DNA of 64,000 nt, taken from Thermoproteota archaeon (lineage in GTDB: Archaea > Thermoproteota > EX4484-205 > JAAOZP01). Made by a program: the position numbers and the translations under genes. Below are positions 48,134 to 56,791 of this stretch, piece by piece (the first letter of the stretch is position 1; each line of letters starts with the position of its first letter). The notes below the pieces were generated by a model. The model saw only the letters and a list, made by a program, of their open reading frames with translations, did not search any database and had not been told where the DNA came from. The stretch is from the NCBI GenBank assembly GCA_038848185.1, contig JAWCNV010000006.1, positions 16,315 to 80,314 of the forward strand, written 5' to 3'.

Positions 48134-48733
48134 TTCCCACCATTATTCTCACGTATAAAACAATTAAATAAAGTTTTGCATCTAGTAATGTTAATTCAAA
48201 TCACATTTTACATAAAAACAGAGCCGAGTTGTGCAATAGATAACCTTATCGTCATACTTCTGACTTCAACATGTTCCTAATATGTAATTTCCATACATGC
48301 GTTTTATAAGAGAGTTATTTACTATTCCCGCAATATCTTTCCACATTTCATATGCCAGTTTCCCTGTACCATCGCTTCTCATAAGACCGATATAATCATT
48401 TCACTCAAGTCATGTAGCCACGCCCAACCAAGCAAGTGCAGGCTTATTCCTTGATCTCTAGTTAGGCGCCCTACTACTTGGCATTATGAAATCGGCTTGT
48501 GCCTACTCGCCACCGAAAACATTGAAAGAGACTCCGTCGACTGCAGGAACCCCATTATACTTCTTTACCAACGAATTAACCATTATGATGTTCTGCAATT
48601 ACTTCGCCTTTTTGAAGGCATTAGAAGCCCCTTTATAAAGTTTTACTTTAATCCTCATTCCCATATAGAAGAGAGATTTTTAAATGATATAATCATTAAT
48701 TTAACTTCATATATTTAGCACCATTGAAAAAGA

Positions 48734-48835
48734 TGCGGGAGGTGGGATTTGAACCCACGAACCCCTTCGGGACTGGATCTTAAGTCCAGCGCCTCGAGTC
48801 CATAGTCCCGTTTGACCAGGCTTGGCTACTCCCGC
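48734..48835 (-). tRNA. tRNA-Leu (anticodon UAA) with ~15-nt intron at a non-canonical position (D-arm/anticodon-stem junction)
   Basis: Reverse complement has acceptor GCGGGAG/CTCCCGC, D-arm GCC-AAGCCTGGTCAAA, perfect anticodon hairpin CTGGA-CTTAAGA-TCCAG nested inside GGGAC...GTCCC, long variable arm CCCGAAGGGG, T-arm GTGGGTTCAAATCCCAC. 102 nt vs ~87 expected. Confidence 0.75.
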
Positions 48836-48923
48836 CTTTCTAGGTCTGACAGAAACACTCTGAGCCGATTTATTAAGATTTTTGAGGAGGAGTTTGAGAA
48901 ATACTTGGGTATTGCTTAGGAAT

Positions 48924-51344
48924 TTAATTTATGTTTGAAGGAACCCATACTAGGGCGACTAGCTGAATATTAATACCTGTTTTTGTTGCGGTATACCACA
49001 CGGTTTCAAAGGTTTCAGTAAGGGGGTTGATTTTTGTTTCTATGGTATTGATTTCTGATTGAAACTGCGCTTCGAGTTTTTCTCGTTCTTGCTGCAGGGC
49101 TTTCAAGTTTTCCTCTGCTTTTTCCTTATCCCTCTTTTCCTTCATAGTGCGAGATATTTCTCTCGTGGCTCTTGTAGCGCGGGTGCTCGACTTTCTTCCA
49201 AGAAATGATCCTAAAATGGTTTCGCCTATTGATACCGCAGCCTCGTATTCCCGACTTTTAGCTTGCGCTTGTTGCTCCTCCAGAACCATTTTCGCCCGTC
49301 TTATTCGCTCATCCAGCCTAGCTAGCGCTGAAGCATATTTTTGCCGAAGTTTTTCAACCTGCTGGTCACGCTTTTCCCTAGCTATTTGTTGAAGCCTAAT
49401 CCTGAAGTCGCGTTCAGTTTCTCCAAATTGCGATAGCTCGTTTAGAGAGGGGCTTCTAAATAACTGGAGTTTCTGAGTTCTTAAAAGCCAGTTTGAAAAA
49501 TCTTTTTCCCAATATGCATAGTTTTTTGCATTTGTAGCAGCAGGCGGTAGATCGGTGTAAGGTAAATCTTCTGGGGGCTCTTCTAATAGGTCTGGAACCT
49601 TTACATCCACTTCTTTTGCCTCATCCCAATTGACAGGTATGGGCTTGTCGCTGACGGGAGTAATGAAAACCTTTTCTACCGTTGTGTATATCCCCTCTTT
49701 CGGCACCGAGTATTGTATCTGTGCAGCCCCGATTAGCATAGGTTGATAAATCATACTGATCTGTTTGCCTATGTCTTTTTTGTAAGGCATATAGTATTCT
49801 CTTATGCCAGGCGGTATAATTGGTTTTTTACTGGTCATCGTTAATGCCGATGGAGCAGGTGAGGCTACGGCAGGAGATAGTTTGGAAGTGGTTTGTGGGC
49901 TGATTAAAAGTTTCTGCTGTCTTTTCATCGGCTCAACCAGCATTTTGATTTGTTCTCTTGTTAATGGGCCTCGCAGATATGACATTGCCCACCTAGTTTC
50001 GAAAACGGCTGGCGCGTCTTCATGCACATTATTCATAAGAAAGATTCTTTTCCCAAGACCTGACAAAACCCTGTCGAAATATTGCCTGCTGAATCCTTTT
50101 TGACTTGCCAACGCGACTCCTTCAAGCCCGTCTAGCACCCTTTCCTTATCACGTTCAGTCTGGAGCCTTCCAAGAAACCATGTGCCTGCATTTGAAAGCG
50201 CTTTATAATCTAAGTCTATCGGGTTCTGCGTCGCCAACACTACACCTAGCCCGAAAGCACGTGCCTGCTTCAGAAGAGTTATAAGCGGTAGTTTTGATGG
50301 AGGATTAGCCACAGGGGGAAGGTATCCGAAAACCTCATCGATGTAAAGTATGGCACGTAAACTTGTGGTGCCAGACTGAGTTCTCATCCATCCCACTATC
50401 TGGTTCAGGAGCAAAGATACGAAAAACATGCGTTGAGCATCATTCAAGTGTGCAATGTAAAATATCGATATCCTTGGCTTACCGCTGGGTGAATAAAGGA
50501 GTTGACCTACATCCAGCGGGTCTCCTTCGAGCCACAGGCTGAATCCCGGTGCGGCGAGAAGATTATTCAACCGCAGGGCTAGTTCGAAACGGTCTTTCGA
50601 CGGGTAGAACGATTCCAGGTCAAGAACCCCGATACGCTTCAAAGGCGGAGACTGAATGAGTTGAATCAAGCGTCCCAGATCTAAGTCTTCACCTTGCCGC
50701 CAACATTGCGCAAGAATGTTGGATATCAGAATGTGCTCCCTTGATTTGATTGGATCTGCTTCTATTCCTAAGAGCGAGAGCAGGCTTGTGACCGTTGTGT
50801 TTATTCTCTCCTGTAAAAGCTCTTCATCCTGTATGATCTCTATGGGGGGTGTTGCGAAAGATTTTAAAATTGAAATTTGAAGCCCCGCATTGCTTCCGGG
50901 AGTATAGATGAGGAATTCAGCTGAATCACGGAGCCTTTGAATACGGTTTCCATCCTGACCCCATTTTTGTAACCCTTCCCTCCATAAAGCGGCTTGTTGT
51001 TCAGCAAACTCTTCTGGGGAAAGCCCCTTTTTCCGTGCATCCTCCTCATTTATCCATGGTAAAAAATCTTGACCCTGCAAACGGGGAAACGTTAGAAGTA
51101 GATTTGTAACATCTCCTTTTGGGTCGATCAAAATAGCGGGGACATTGTCAATCGCAGCCTCTTCAATAAGAGAAATGCATAATCCTGTTTTCCCGCTTCC
51201 CGTCATGCCGATGCATACCGCGTGCGTAACCAGATCCTTTGAGTCATAAAGCAACAACTCCTTCAAAGGAGAGCCCTTCTTAATATCGTAAAGACGACCA
51301 AGGTAGAAGACCCCGAGTTTTTCAAAACCTTGCATTCTAATCAT
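48924..51344 (-). CDS. HerA/FtsK-superfamily (DUF87-like) P-loop ATPase with ~250-aa C-terminal coiled-coil/low-complexity extension
   Basis: 806 aa. 'LYDSKDLVTHAVCIGMTGSGKTGLCISLIEEA' is the DUF87/HerA-type Walker A context. 'ILYIDEVFGYLP' is Walker B (DE). 'VVLATQNPIDLD' is sensor-like. C-terminal 'EKRDQQVEKLRQKYASALARLDERIRRAKMVLEEQQAQAKSREYE...KEKRDKEKAEENLKALQQEREKLEAQFQ'. Confidence 0.65.
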   Translation of the reverse strand: MIRMQGFEKLGVFYLGRLYDIKKGSPLKELLLYDSKDLVTHAVCIGMTGSGKTGLCISLIEEAAIDNVPAILIDPKGDVTNLLLTFPRLQGQDFLPWINEEDARKKGLSPEEFAEQQAALWREGLQKWGQDGNRIQRLRDSAEFLIYTPGSNAGLQISILKSFATPPIEIIQDEELLQERINTTVTSLLSLLGIEADPIKSREHILISNILAQCWRQGEDLDLGRLIQLIQSPPLKRIGVLDLESFYPSKDRFELALRLNNLLAAPGFSLWLEGDPLDVGQLLYSPSGKPRISIFYIAHLNDAQRMFFVSLLLNQIVGWMRTQSGTTSLRAILYIDEVFGYLPPVANPPSKLPLITLLKQARAFGLGVVLATQNPIDLDYKALSNAGTWFLGRLQTERDKERVLDGLEGVALASQKGFSRQYFDRVLSGLGKRIFLMNNVHEDAPAVFETRWAMSYLRGPLTREQIKMLVEPMKRQQKLLISPQTTSKLSPAVASPAPSALTMTSKKPIIPPGIREYYMPYKKDIGKQISMIYQPMLIGAAQIQYSVPKEGIYTTVEKVFITPVSDKPIPVNWDEAKEVDVKVPDLLEEPPEDLPYTDLPPAATNAKNYAYWEKDFSNWLLRTQKLQLFRSPSLNELSQFGETERDFRIRLQQIAREKRDQQVEKLRQKYASALARLDERIRRAKMVLEEQQAQAKSREYEAAVSIGETILGSFLGRKSSTRATRATREISRTMKEKRDKEKAEENLKALQQEREKLEAQFQSEINTIETKINPLTETFETVWYTATKTGINIQLVALVWVPSNIN

Positions 51345-51368
51345 ACTCCTGTATTAGAACTGGATAGG

Positions 51369-51401
51369 AAGCGATGCTTATTAATGTTAAGCATCTTGCT
51401 T
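51369..51401. promoter_or_regulatory. Imperfect palindrome immediately upstream of the ATPase gene start (operator or hairpin candidate)
   Basis: 'aagcGATGCTTAttaatgtTAAGCATCttgctt' has 8-bp perfect arms, extendable to ~12 bp. It lies 25-57 nt upstream of the ATG at 51344. Confidence 0.4.
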
Positions 51402-51598
51402 CGGGTGGGCCCAGCCTATTTGCCAAGGCTCTTTATCTTCTGCAAGCGAGTATTAACCCCGTTTTATGACTTTTCATAGTCTGGATTCTTATCCTTCACC
51501 TTTACAAAAACTCACATTCTGAATTTAGCGCAATGGTTTAAAATTACACATAGATCACTAAGAGAAAATATAAAAAGACCCGAGAAGTGGAAGTACTT

Positions 51599-51673
51599 GG
51601 GCCCGTCGCCTAACCTGGATATGGCGGCAGCCTCCTAAGCTGTAATAATCTGGGTTCAAATCCCAGCGGGCCC
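51599..51673 (+). tRNA. tRNA-Arg (anticodon CCU)
   Basis: Acceptor GGGCCCG/CGGGCCC. D-arm GCC...GGC. Anticodon stem GCAGC with loop CTCCTAA. T-arm CTGGGTTCAAATCCCAG. 75 nt, no intron. Confidence 0.85.
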
Positions 51674-51913
51674 GTTTTCAAAGGCTAGTGATTCAGAAGG
51701 AACCTTTTAAAACCATAATATTGTCTAAGAGAATTAGTAATGTTTTAATGTCCTGCTGTATTTTGTTGCATCAGTCGTACTGATGAAGTGTTTGGTCGCG
51801 TGCGTTAAAAGCTGGATAAGAGAAACGTGTTAATTTCGTTAAAGAATCGGTTTTAATACTTCTAGATTTAATTGAGAAACAAGAGGAGTCATAAACCTCT
51901 GGTTAATAGAGAA

Positions 51914-52294
51914 TTACTGCAAGAGTTTCAACCCATGTTCTTCCAGTAGCTTGAAATGTTTAGTGTTAAACGTGTAAAGCTTTGCATTATTGTTGATTGT
52001 CATGGCAGCTATCATGGCGTCTGTTCTCCGAACCGGTTTTCCTTTTCGCTCTGTTCTCAGCTCTAACTCGGATGCTAGGATCGCGTCTTCCTTCCTATAG
52101 TTTAAAACCGGGAGCCTCAGGATATCCTTCACCGGCTTAGCATACTTGCTTAACCCGTAGAGGATTTCGTGAAGGTTGATGACGGTTATACATACTGGCT
52201 CGCCTTTTTCATCAATTTTCTTCAACGCTTCCCCGCCTTTTACAGAGTTCTTGTCGAAAACCTCGATTAAAACATCAGTATCCAAAACAATCAT
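51914..52294 (-). CDS. vapC: PIN-domain ribonuclease toxin VapC
   Basis: 126 aa. 'MIVLDTDVLIE' carries a conserved Asp. '...DAMIAAMTINNNAKLYTFNTKHF' is the PIN C-terminal acidic motif. 4-nt overlap with the upstream antitoxin. Confidence 0.8.
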   Translation of the reverse strand: MIVLDTDVLIEVFDKNSVKGGEALKKIDEKGEPVCITVINLHEILYGLSKYAKPVKDILRLPVLNYRKEDAILASELELRTERKGKPVRRTDAMIAAMTINNNAKLYTFNTKHFKLLEEHGLKLLQ

Positions 52295-52503
52295 GTTCTA
52301 CGCTCAGCCCTCAACGAGTAGATCTCTGAGAGAAGCTTCTCCTTATCCTTAATCTCAACACAGCCCCTTAGTCTCACCAGAACATCAATGGGACTCGCTT
52401 CCTCAATAAGTCTTTCAAGCAGTTCGCTGAAGCTTTCACCTTCCCGCTTAACAGCTAACAGCTTCCTGTAAACCTCTTCTCTAATAGTTATGGTTTTAAC
52501 CAT
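52291..52503 (-). CDS. vapB: VapB-type antitoxin (DUF217/UPF0175-like)
   Basis: 70 aa. 'MVKTITIREEVYRKLLAVKREGESFSELLERL' matches the archaeal VapB antitoxin family signature. Confidence 0.75.
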   Translation of the reverse strand: MVKTITIREEVYRKLLAVKREGESFSELLERLIEEASPIDVLVRLRGCVEIKDKEKLLSEIYSLRAERRT

Positions 52504-52708
52504 TCCCTTATCAGGGAATAATATGTTTAAACTTAAATATAAACTTACCTTTAGGAAATTATTCCTCTAAAAAGAGTAGACGATATCATTTTTACTATAC
52601 TCTAACAAGCATAAACCCTTATGACGGAGCCATTTGCATGAGTAGTTCTATACTAGTCTAGTTTCCAATAAGATTTAATACGTCAAGACACTATAATAAT
52701 GACGGCTA

Positions 52709-54610
52709 GTGACGCTTCCCGTTGTAATCATTGCTGCAGGGGTAGCCTCTAGGCTAAAACCCTACTCGGAGGAGACGCCTAAATGCCTCATGGAGCTGGA
52801 GCCAGGTGTAACAATACTGGACTTTATCCTAAGTAGGTTGGAGGACGTTAAACCTCCCCGCGTCTTTATCATTACAAGACCACAGTTTAGAAGAATACTG
52901 GAGGAGAAGTTAAGGGGGAAGGTGGATTTAGTGGAGACTGACAAGGAGGAGTTTGGAAACCTTTACAGTGTTAGCTTAGCTTTGAAAAGGTTAGGTGCAG
53001 ATAGTTTCCTCATCCTCATGTCTGACCATATTTATGAGAAGGCGGTTGTCGAAGAAGTTTTATCTTCAGGAAATAAGGCGGCGTTCACTGTTTGCCTCGA
53101 GAGAAAGCCTTCGCAGACTGAGGCGGAGGAAGGATTGAAAATCGTGTTAAAAGAGCAGGGAGTAGCCTACGCGGACAAGAAGGTTTTGCCTAGACACGGA
53201 ATAGATACGGGCGTGATACTATGCAGAGAGAAGTCTAAGAAATATATAGAGAAGACAATAGAGGAGTTTGGTCCTAATGCAACAATAGCAGACGTGTTGA
53301 AACTTGCTTCCGCAGAGAATGAAGTGGATTATGTGGATGTTACTGGAAAGCTTTGGAAAGACATAGACACGCCTGAGGATCTGGTTAAGGGTAGAGAGGT
53401 TTACTGGCAAATATTGAGGAGGGAGAACGAGACCGAAGGTGGATTAATCTCGAGATACCTTATTAAGCCTGTATCGACACGTGTTTCTATAGCGGTCTAT
53501 CGAGGCTTTGACGTAGAGCCTCTGGCAATAATGCTGGTTTCGTTTATACTTGCCTTGTCAGCAGGTTTCCTCCTAGCGAGAGGAAGCTCCCTATGGGGAG
53601 GATTGCTTGTTGGACTCGTATCTCTAATTAGTGAAGTGGGCAATGAATTGGTAAACCTTGACAGAGGAGCTTCTTGGAGACTTCACGTAAGTTCATTACT
53701 GGATCGCGTTTCAGATATTGCGATAGTAGGCGGATTTTCAATGCCCCTACTTTCAGTTGAAGACAGTAGCAACTTCCTGTTTGTTATTCTTGCAATCTCT
53801 AATATAATATTGGTGAGTTATGCGACTCAGGTTTTGAACAGTATTGGCATAAAAACAAGGGGTCTAAGAAAAATACCTGCGACCAGAGACGTGCTGTTGT
53901 TCGTAGTTTTTATTGCCTTAATAATTTCGCTTCCCCTATACGGATTATACTATTTGTCTATAGTACCTATTTTCTACCTATTGTACTCTATTATTCTGGC
54001 CTTAAGAAGCAGAAGGGAAAAAGCTAAGCCGGAGAGAAGAAAGAAACCGCCTAAGCCTGAGGTTGTGATAGAGAGGGGGGAAGTGGGTAAGAAGATTGAA
54101 AGCCTTGTTTCCAACTCGCTTAAACTGGCGTTATCACTCCTCTTCCTGCATATGGCTACACCAGTGGTTTCAGACATTACCTTGATAACTATCGATGACT
54201 TGGTTTTGAAGTCAGACCACTTGCTATCCGCCTTATTTCTAGCCATATCAATATACTTCGGGTACCGTATACTTATGTCCTTGAAATTCCTTATAGATGT
54301 CGTGACTAAACGCTTAGTAGCGGTTCTCAGAATCTCGGAGTTCACGCTCAGACACGTGTTGATTGATTCACTATACATCTTGCTGGCTTTAGTGCTTTGG
54401 ATTTATCTGCCTCCCCAGCTTAGGCTCATACCATATATTGGTGAAAACCTTGCAAGGCTAGGAGCATTAGCAATATTCGTCTTCTTCATATTAATACTCT
54501 ACGATATGGCGAAGCTCCTTTACAAGACTTTCGGAGACATCTACAGAAAGATGATAGAGAAGATTACGGAGAAGATTCATGAAAGCACGGAGTCCTCTGA
54601 ACATGCTTAA
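52709..54610 (+). CDS. Bifunctional-architecture protein: sugar-phosphate nucleotidyltransferase (IPCT-like, canonical) fused to a large membrane domain with a divergent CDP-alcohol phosphotransferase-like motif
   Basis: 633 aa. N-terminal 'VVIIAAGVASRLKPYSEETPKCLMEL' is the G-x-G-x-R-L...PK nucleotidyltransferase signature. Then about 9 TM helices. The 'NLDRGASWRLHVSSLLDRVSD' region only loosely matches D-G-x2-A-R...D-x3-D. Confidence 0.6.
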   Translation: MTLPVVIIAAGVASRLKPYSEETPKCLMELEPGVTILDFILSRLEDVKPPRVFIITRPQFRRILEEKLRGKVDLVETDKEEFGNLYSVSLALKRLGADSFLILMSDHIYEKAVVEEVLSSGNKAAFTVCLERKPSQTEAEEGLKIVLKEQGVAYADKKVLPRHGIDTGVILCREKSKKYIEKTIEEFGPNATIADVLKLASAENEVDYVDVTGKLWKDIDTPEDLVKGREVYWQILRRENETEGGLISRYLIKPVSTRVSIAVYRGFDVEPLAIMLVSFILALSAGFLLARGSSLWGGLLVGLVSLISEVGNELVNLDRGASWRLHVSSLLDRVSDIAIVGGFSMPLLSVEDSSNFLFVILAISNIILVSYATQVLNSIGIKTRGLRKIPATRDVLLFVVFIALIISLPLYGLYYLSIVPIFYLLYSIILALRSRREKAKPERRKKPPKPEVVIERGEVGKKIESLVSNSLKLALSLLFLHMATPVVSDITLITIDDLVLKSDHLLSALFLAISIYFGYRILMSLKFLIDVVTKRLVAVLRISEFTLRHVLIDSLYILLALVLWIYLPPQLRLIPYIGENLARLGALAIFVFFILILYDMAKLLYKTFGDIYRKMIEKITEKIHESTESSEHA

Positions 54611-54661
54611 ATTTTTATTCGTAGGAGGAACCAATTAATGAGGATCCTAGAGGGATAAGGG

Positions 54662-55939
54662 ATGAGAGCGATAATACTTGCTACGGAGAAAGATTTCATA
54701 TTCGGCAAGAACAGGCCGCTTGCCTTAGTTAAGGTGTGCAGTGTCTCCCTGATAGCGAGAATCTTGAATTCTGTTAGAGCTGCAGGAATTAGGGAAGCCC
54801 TTATAGTTTTAGGGTCCAAAGGAGAGGAGATACGTGACATGTTTAAAAACGGCGAGGAAATAGGTCTTAAACTACTTTATCTTCAAGCAGGAGAACGCGA
54901 GGTTCCTAAGTTGAGGGAGTTTCTGAATGATGATTTGCTGATAATAAATGGAGATGTCGTTATAGACACGGAGTTTGTAAGCGGAATCATGAAGATAGCA
55001 GGCAGTGTTGCTTGCTATCTTAACAGTGAGTCTATTGGAATTTACAGACTAGACAGGGAGTACTCAAGACTGTTGCAAGACGATGTTGCTTCGAATCTCG
55101 GTAAAATATTAGAGGAGATTGAAGTTAAGATCCTTAGGCTAGACATAACTAAGATGGAGATGGAACATGTTGAGTTAAAGCGCAGGGTTTCTCCAGTCTG
55201 CGTCAAGATAAATAGTAGGAATGCGATTGAGCTTGCTAAAAGGAAACTTGTTTTCAGAACTCAAAAGGGGCTTCACTTCACCTCCTACATAAATAAGCCC
55301 ATAGAGGACCGTGTCACCTATCACATAGCTGAAGTATCTTGGATAACTCCGAACAGGATAACGATTCTTACAAACTTGCTGGCTTTTGCTGTTGCAGTAT
55401 TATTCCTCTTAGGATACATGAAGATAGCGGTGGTTCTGGCTTACATGGTTGGAATATTAGATGGGCTTGACGGGAAACTAGCCAGGGCAAGAGGAATTTT
55501 AACAAGGCTCGGATATATTGAGCACACGTTCGACATGCTTTACGAGCAAGCATGGTATGTATGTTTCGCCTTAAGCCTATACTTGCTGGAAAACAATTAT
55601 CTGCCGTTAGTTCTGGGATTATGCATGCTTATCGCAGACAGCTTTGTGAGGCATTGCTACATGCAGTTTAAAGAGACCATGGGGAAGGCTTTAACAGCGT
55701 ACACCAGTTTCGACAGGACCTTTGCTAGAGTAGATGGTAGGAGAAATGTGTACGTCCTATATATGATACTGTTCTCATGGTTACCCTGGTTAGGGAAACC
55801 CTTGTACGCTATGTATGCAATGCTGATACATTCTTCAGTCACAGCCTTAGTATATGCGATAAGGGCTGTTCAACACATGAGTGCCGCAGATAGGGCAGAA
55901 GGCCTAAGGGGCTTTCTTAAGCTTGTGGGAAAACCGTGA
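54662..55939 (+). CDS. IPCT/DIPPS-like protein: degenerate nucleotidyltransferase-like N-domain fused to intact CDP-alcohol phosphotransferase (di-myo-inositol-phosphate-phosphate synthase-like)
   Basis: 425 aa. N-terminal 'IILATEKDFIFGKNRPL' lacks GxGxR. C-terminal 'PNRITILTNLL...VGILDGLDGKLARARGILTRLGYIEHTFDML' is a canonical CDP-OH phosphotransferase motif. Confidence 0.65.
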   Translation: MRAIILATEKDFIFGKNRPLALVKVCSVSLIARILNSVRAAGIREALIVLGSKGEEIRDMFKNGEEIGLKLLYLQAGEREVPKLREFLNDDLLIINGDVVIDTEFVSGIMKIAGSVACYLNSESIGIYRLDREYSRLLQDDVASNLGKILEEIEVKILRLDITKMEMEHVELKRRVSPVCVKINSRNAIELAKRKLVFRTQKGLHFTSYINKPIEDRVTYHIAEVSWITPNRITILTNLLAFAVAVLFLLGYMKIAVVLAYMVGILDGLDGKLARARGILTRLGYIEHTFDMLYEQAWYVCFALSLYLLENNYLPLVLGLCMLIADSFVRHCYMQFKETMGKALTAYTSFDRTFARVDGRRNVYVLYMILFSWLPWLGKPLYAMYAMLIHSSVTALVYAIRAVQHMSAADRAEGLRGFLKLVGKP

Positions 55940-55957
55940 CTAAAATGTTTCAGTATC

Positions 55958-56248
55958 TTATTCCTTAGTTTGACTGTTACCATACTTCTCCCTTAAGGCC
56001 CGTAGCATCTGTTTCAACTCTTCTCGGGAAGGGAAGCTTATAGCTCCGGCGGGACACCTGTGTTTGCATGATTCGCAGCCCACGACGCACTCATATGGTT
56101 GAGAAACCACAACCTTGTCTCCTCGCCTAGAAAACACTCCATGCATGCAGAACTCGACGCAGGATCCGCATTTGATGCATAGATCCGGATTTATCCTGGG
56201 GTACCACTCTATCTCTTCTCTCGGCGGCCAGAGGTTTGCCTTACTCAT
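55958..56248 (-). CDS. 2x[4Fe-4S] ferredoxin-type protein
   Basis: 'CIKCGSCVEFC' and 'CVVGCESCKHRCP' cluster-binding motifs. 96 aa. Confidence 0.8.
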   Translation of the reverse strand: MSKANLWPPREEIEWYPRINPDLCIKCGSCVEFCMHGVFSRRGDKVVVSQPYECVVGCESCKHRCPAGAISFPSREELKQMLRALREKYGNSQTKE

Positions 56249-56267
56249 CCTCGTAAACCTCCATTAT

Positions 56268-56654
56268 TCAACTAGCCGTTAATTTTTCAATGGTTTCAGC
56301 AACTTTCTTCATAGCTTCCGGAGTCTCCATGTTTCTAAGATCGAGTGAAAACACCTGTTTATCAAAGTCGAGGCCTTTCTCAGTGAAAACGTCCTTGAAC
56401 ATTTTCCTCTGCATTCTCGGGTCGCACCCGCCAATCACGTAAATCCCATCTTTATCCCCATCTTTCAAGAGGTCTCTTAAGAAGTTGTCTCCATCCGTGA
56501 CGCAGAGCTGCGGGTGAATAACAGCGTACTCAACATCAAGCTCGTTTCTCACGAAATTCACCAGTTTCCACAGCTCTAGTTTCGCGAACCCTGGGCATTC
56601 TCCCGTGCAGAAGCACATTATGAATCTGGGACGATTCTTAGTGTTCTTCATCAT
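56268..56654 (-). CDS. MvhD/FlpD-like hydrogenase/heterodisulfide-reductase-associated iron-sulfur subunit homolog (Cys-depleted)
   Basis: 128 aa. 'RFIMCFCTGECPG' resembles the MvhD 'GFCCNWCSY' block. 'GIYVIGGCDPRMQ' resembles 'VSGCHFGDCHY'. Similar length. Confidence 0.5.
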   Translation of the reverse strand: MMKNTKNRPRFIMCFCTGECPGFAKLELWKLVNFVRNELDVEYAVIHPQLCVTDGDNFLRDLLKDGDKDGIYVIGGCDPRMQRKMFKDVFTEKGLDFDKQVFSLDLRNMETPEAMKKVAETIEKLTAS

Positions 56655-56791
56655 GAGACTGTCGTTTTTAAACAGCGTTTTTAAACTTTTTCTTAAGGTT
56701 TATTTTCTAAATCAACTCGCTTGGTAACCGTTTCATAGCTAGTTAGAATGGCCTTTTCTAAAGAAATTCCCCTAAGTAACGTGTACGACGT

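Noticed and set aside
48140-48720. Short ORFs (e.g. 48497-48718, and a minus-strand 'MRSDGTGKLAYEMWKDIAGIV...' fragment) in the gene-poor region preceding tRNA-Leu. Considered as an integrase remnant.
   Set aside because: No recognisable integrase/recombinase motifs (no R..HxxR..Y). Fragments too short. Only noted as decayed sequence within finding 1.
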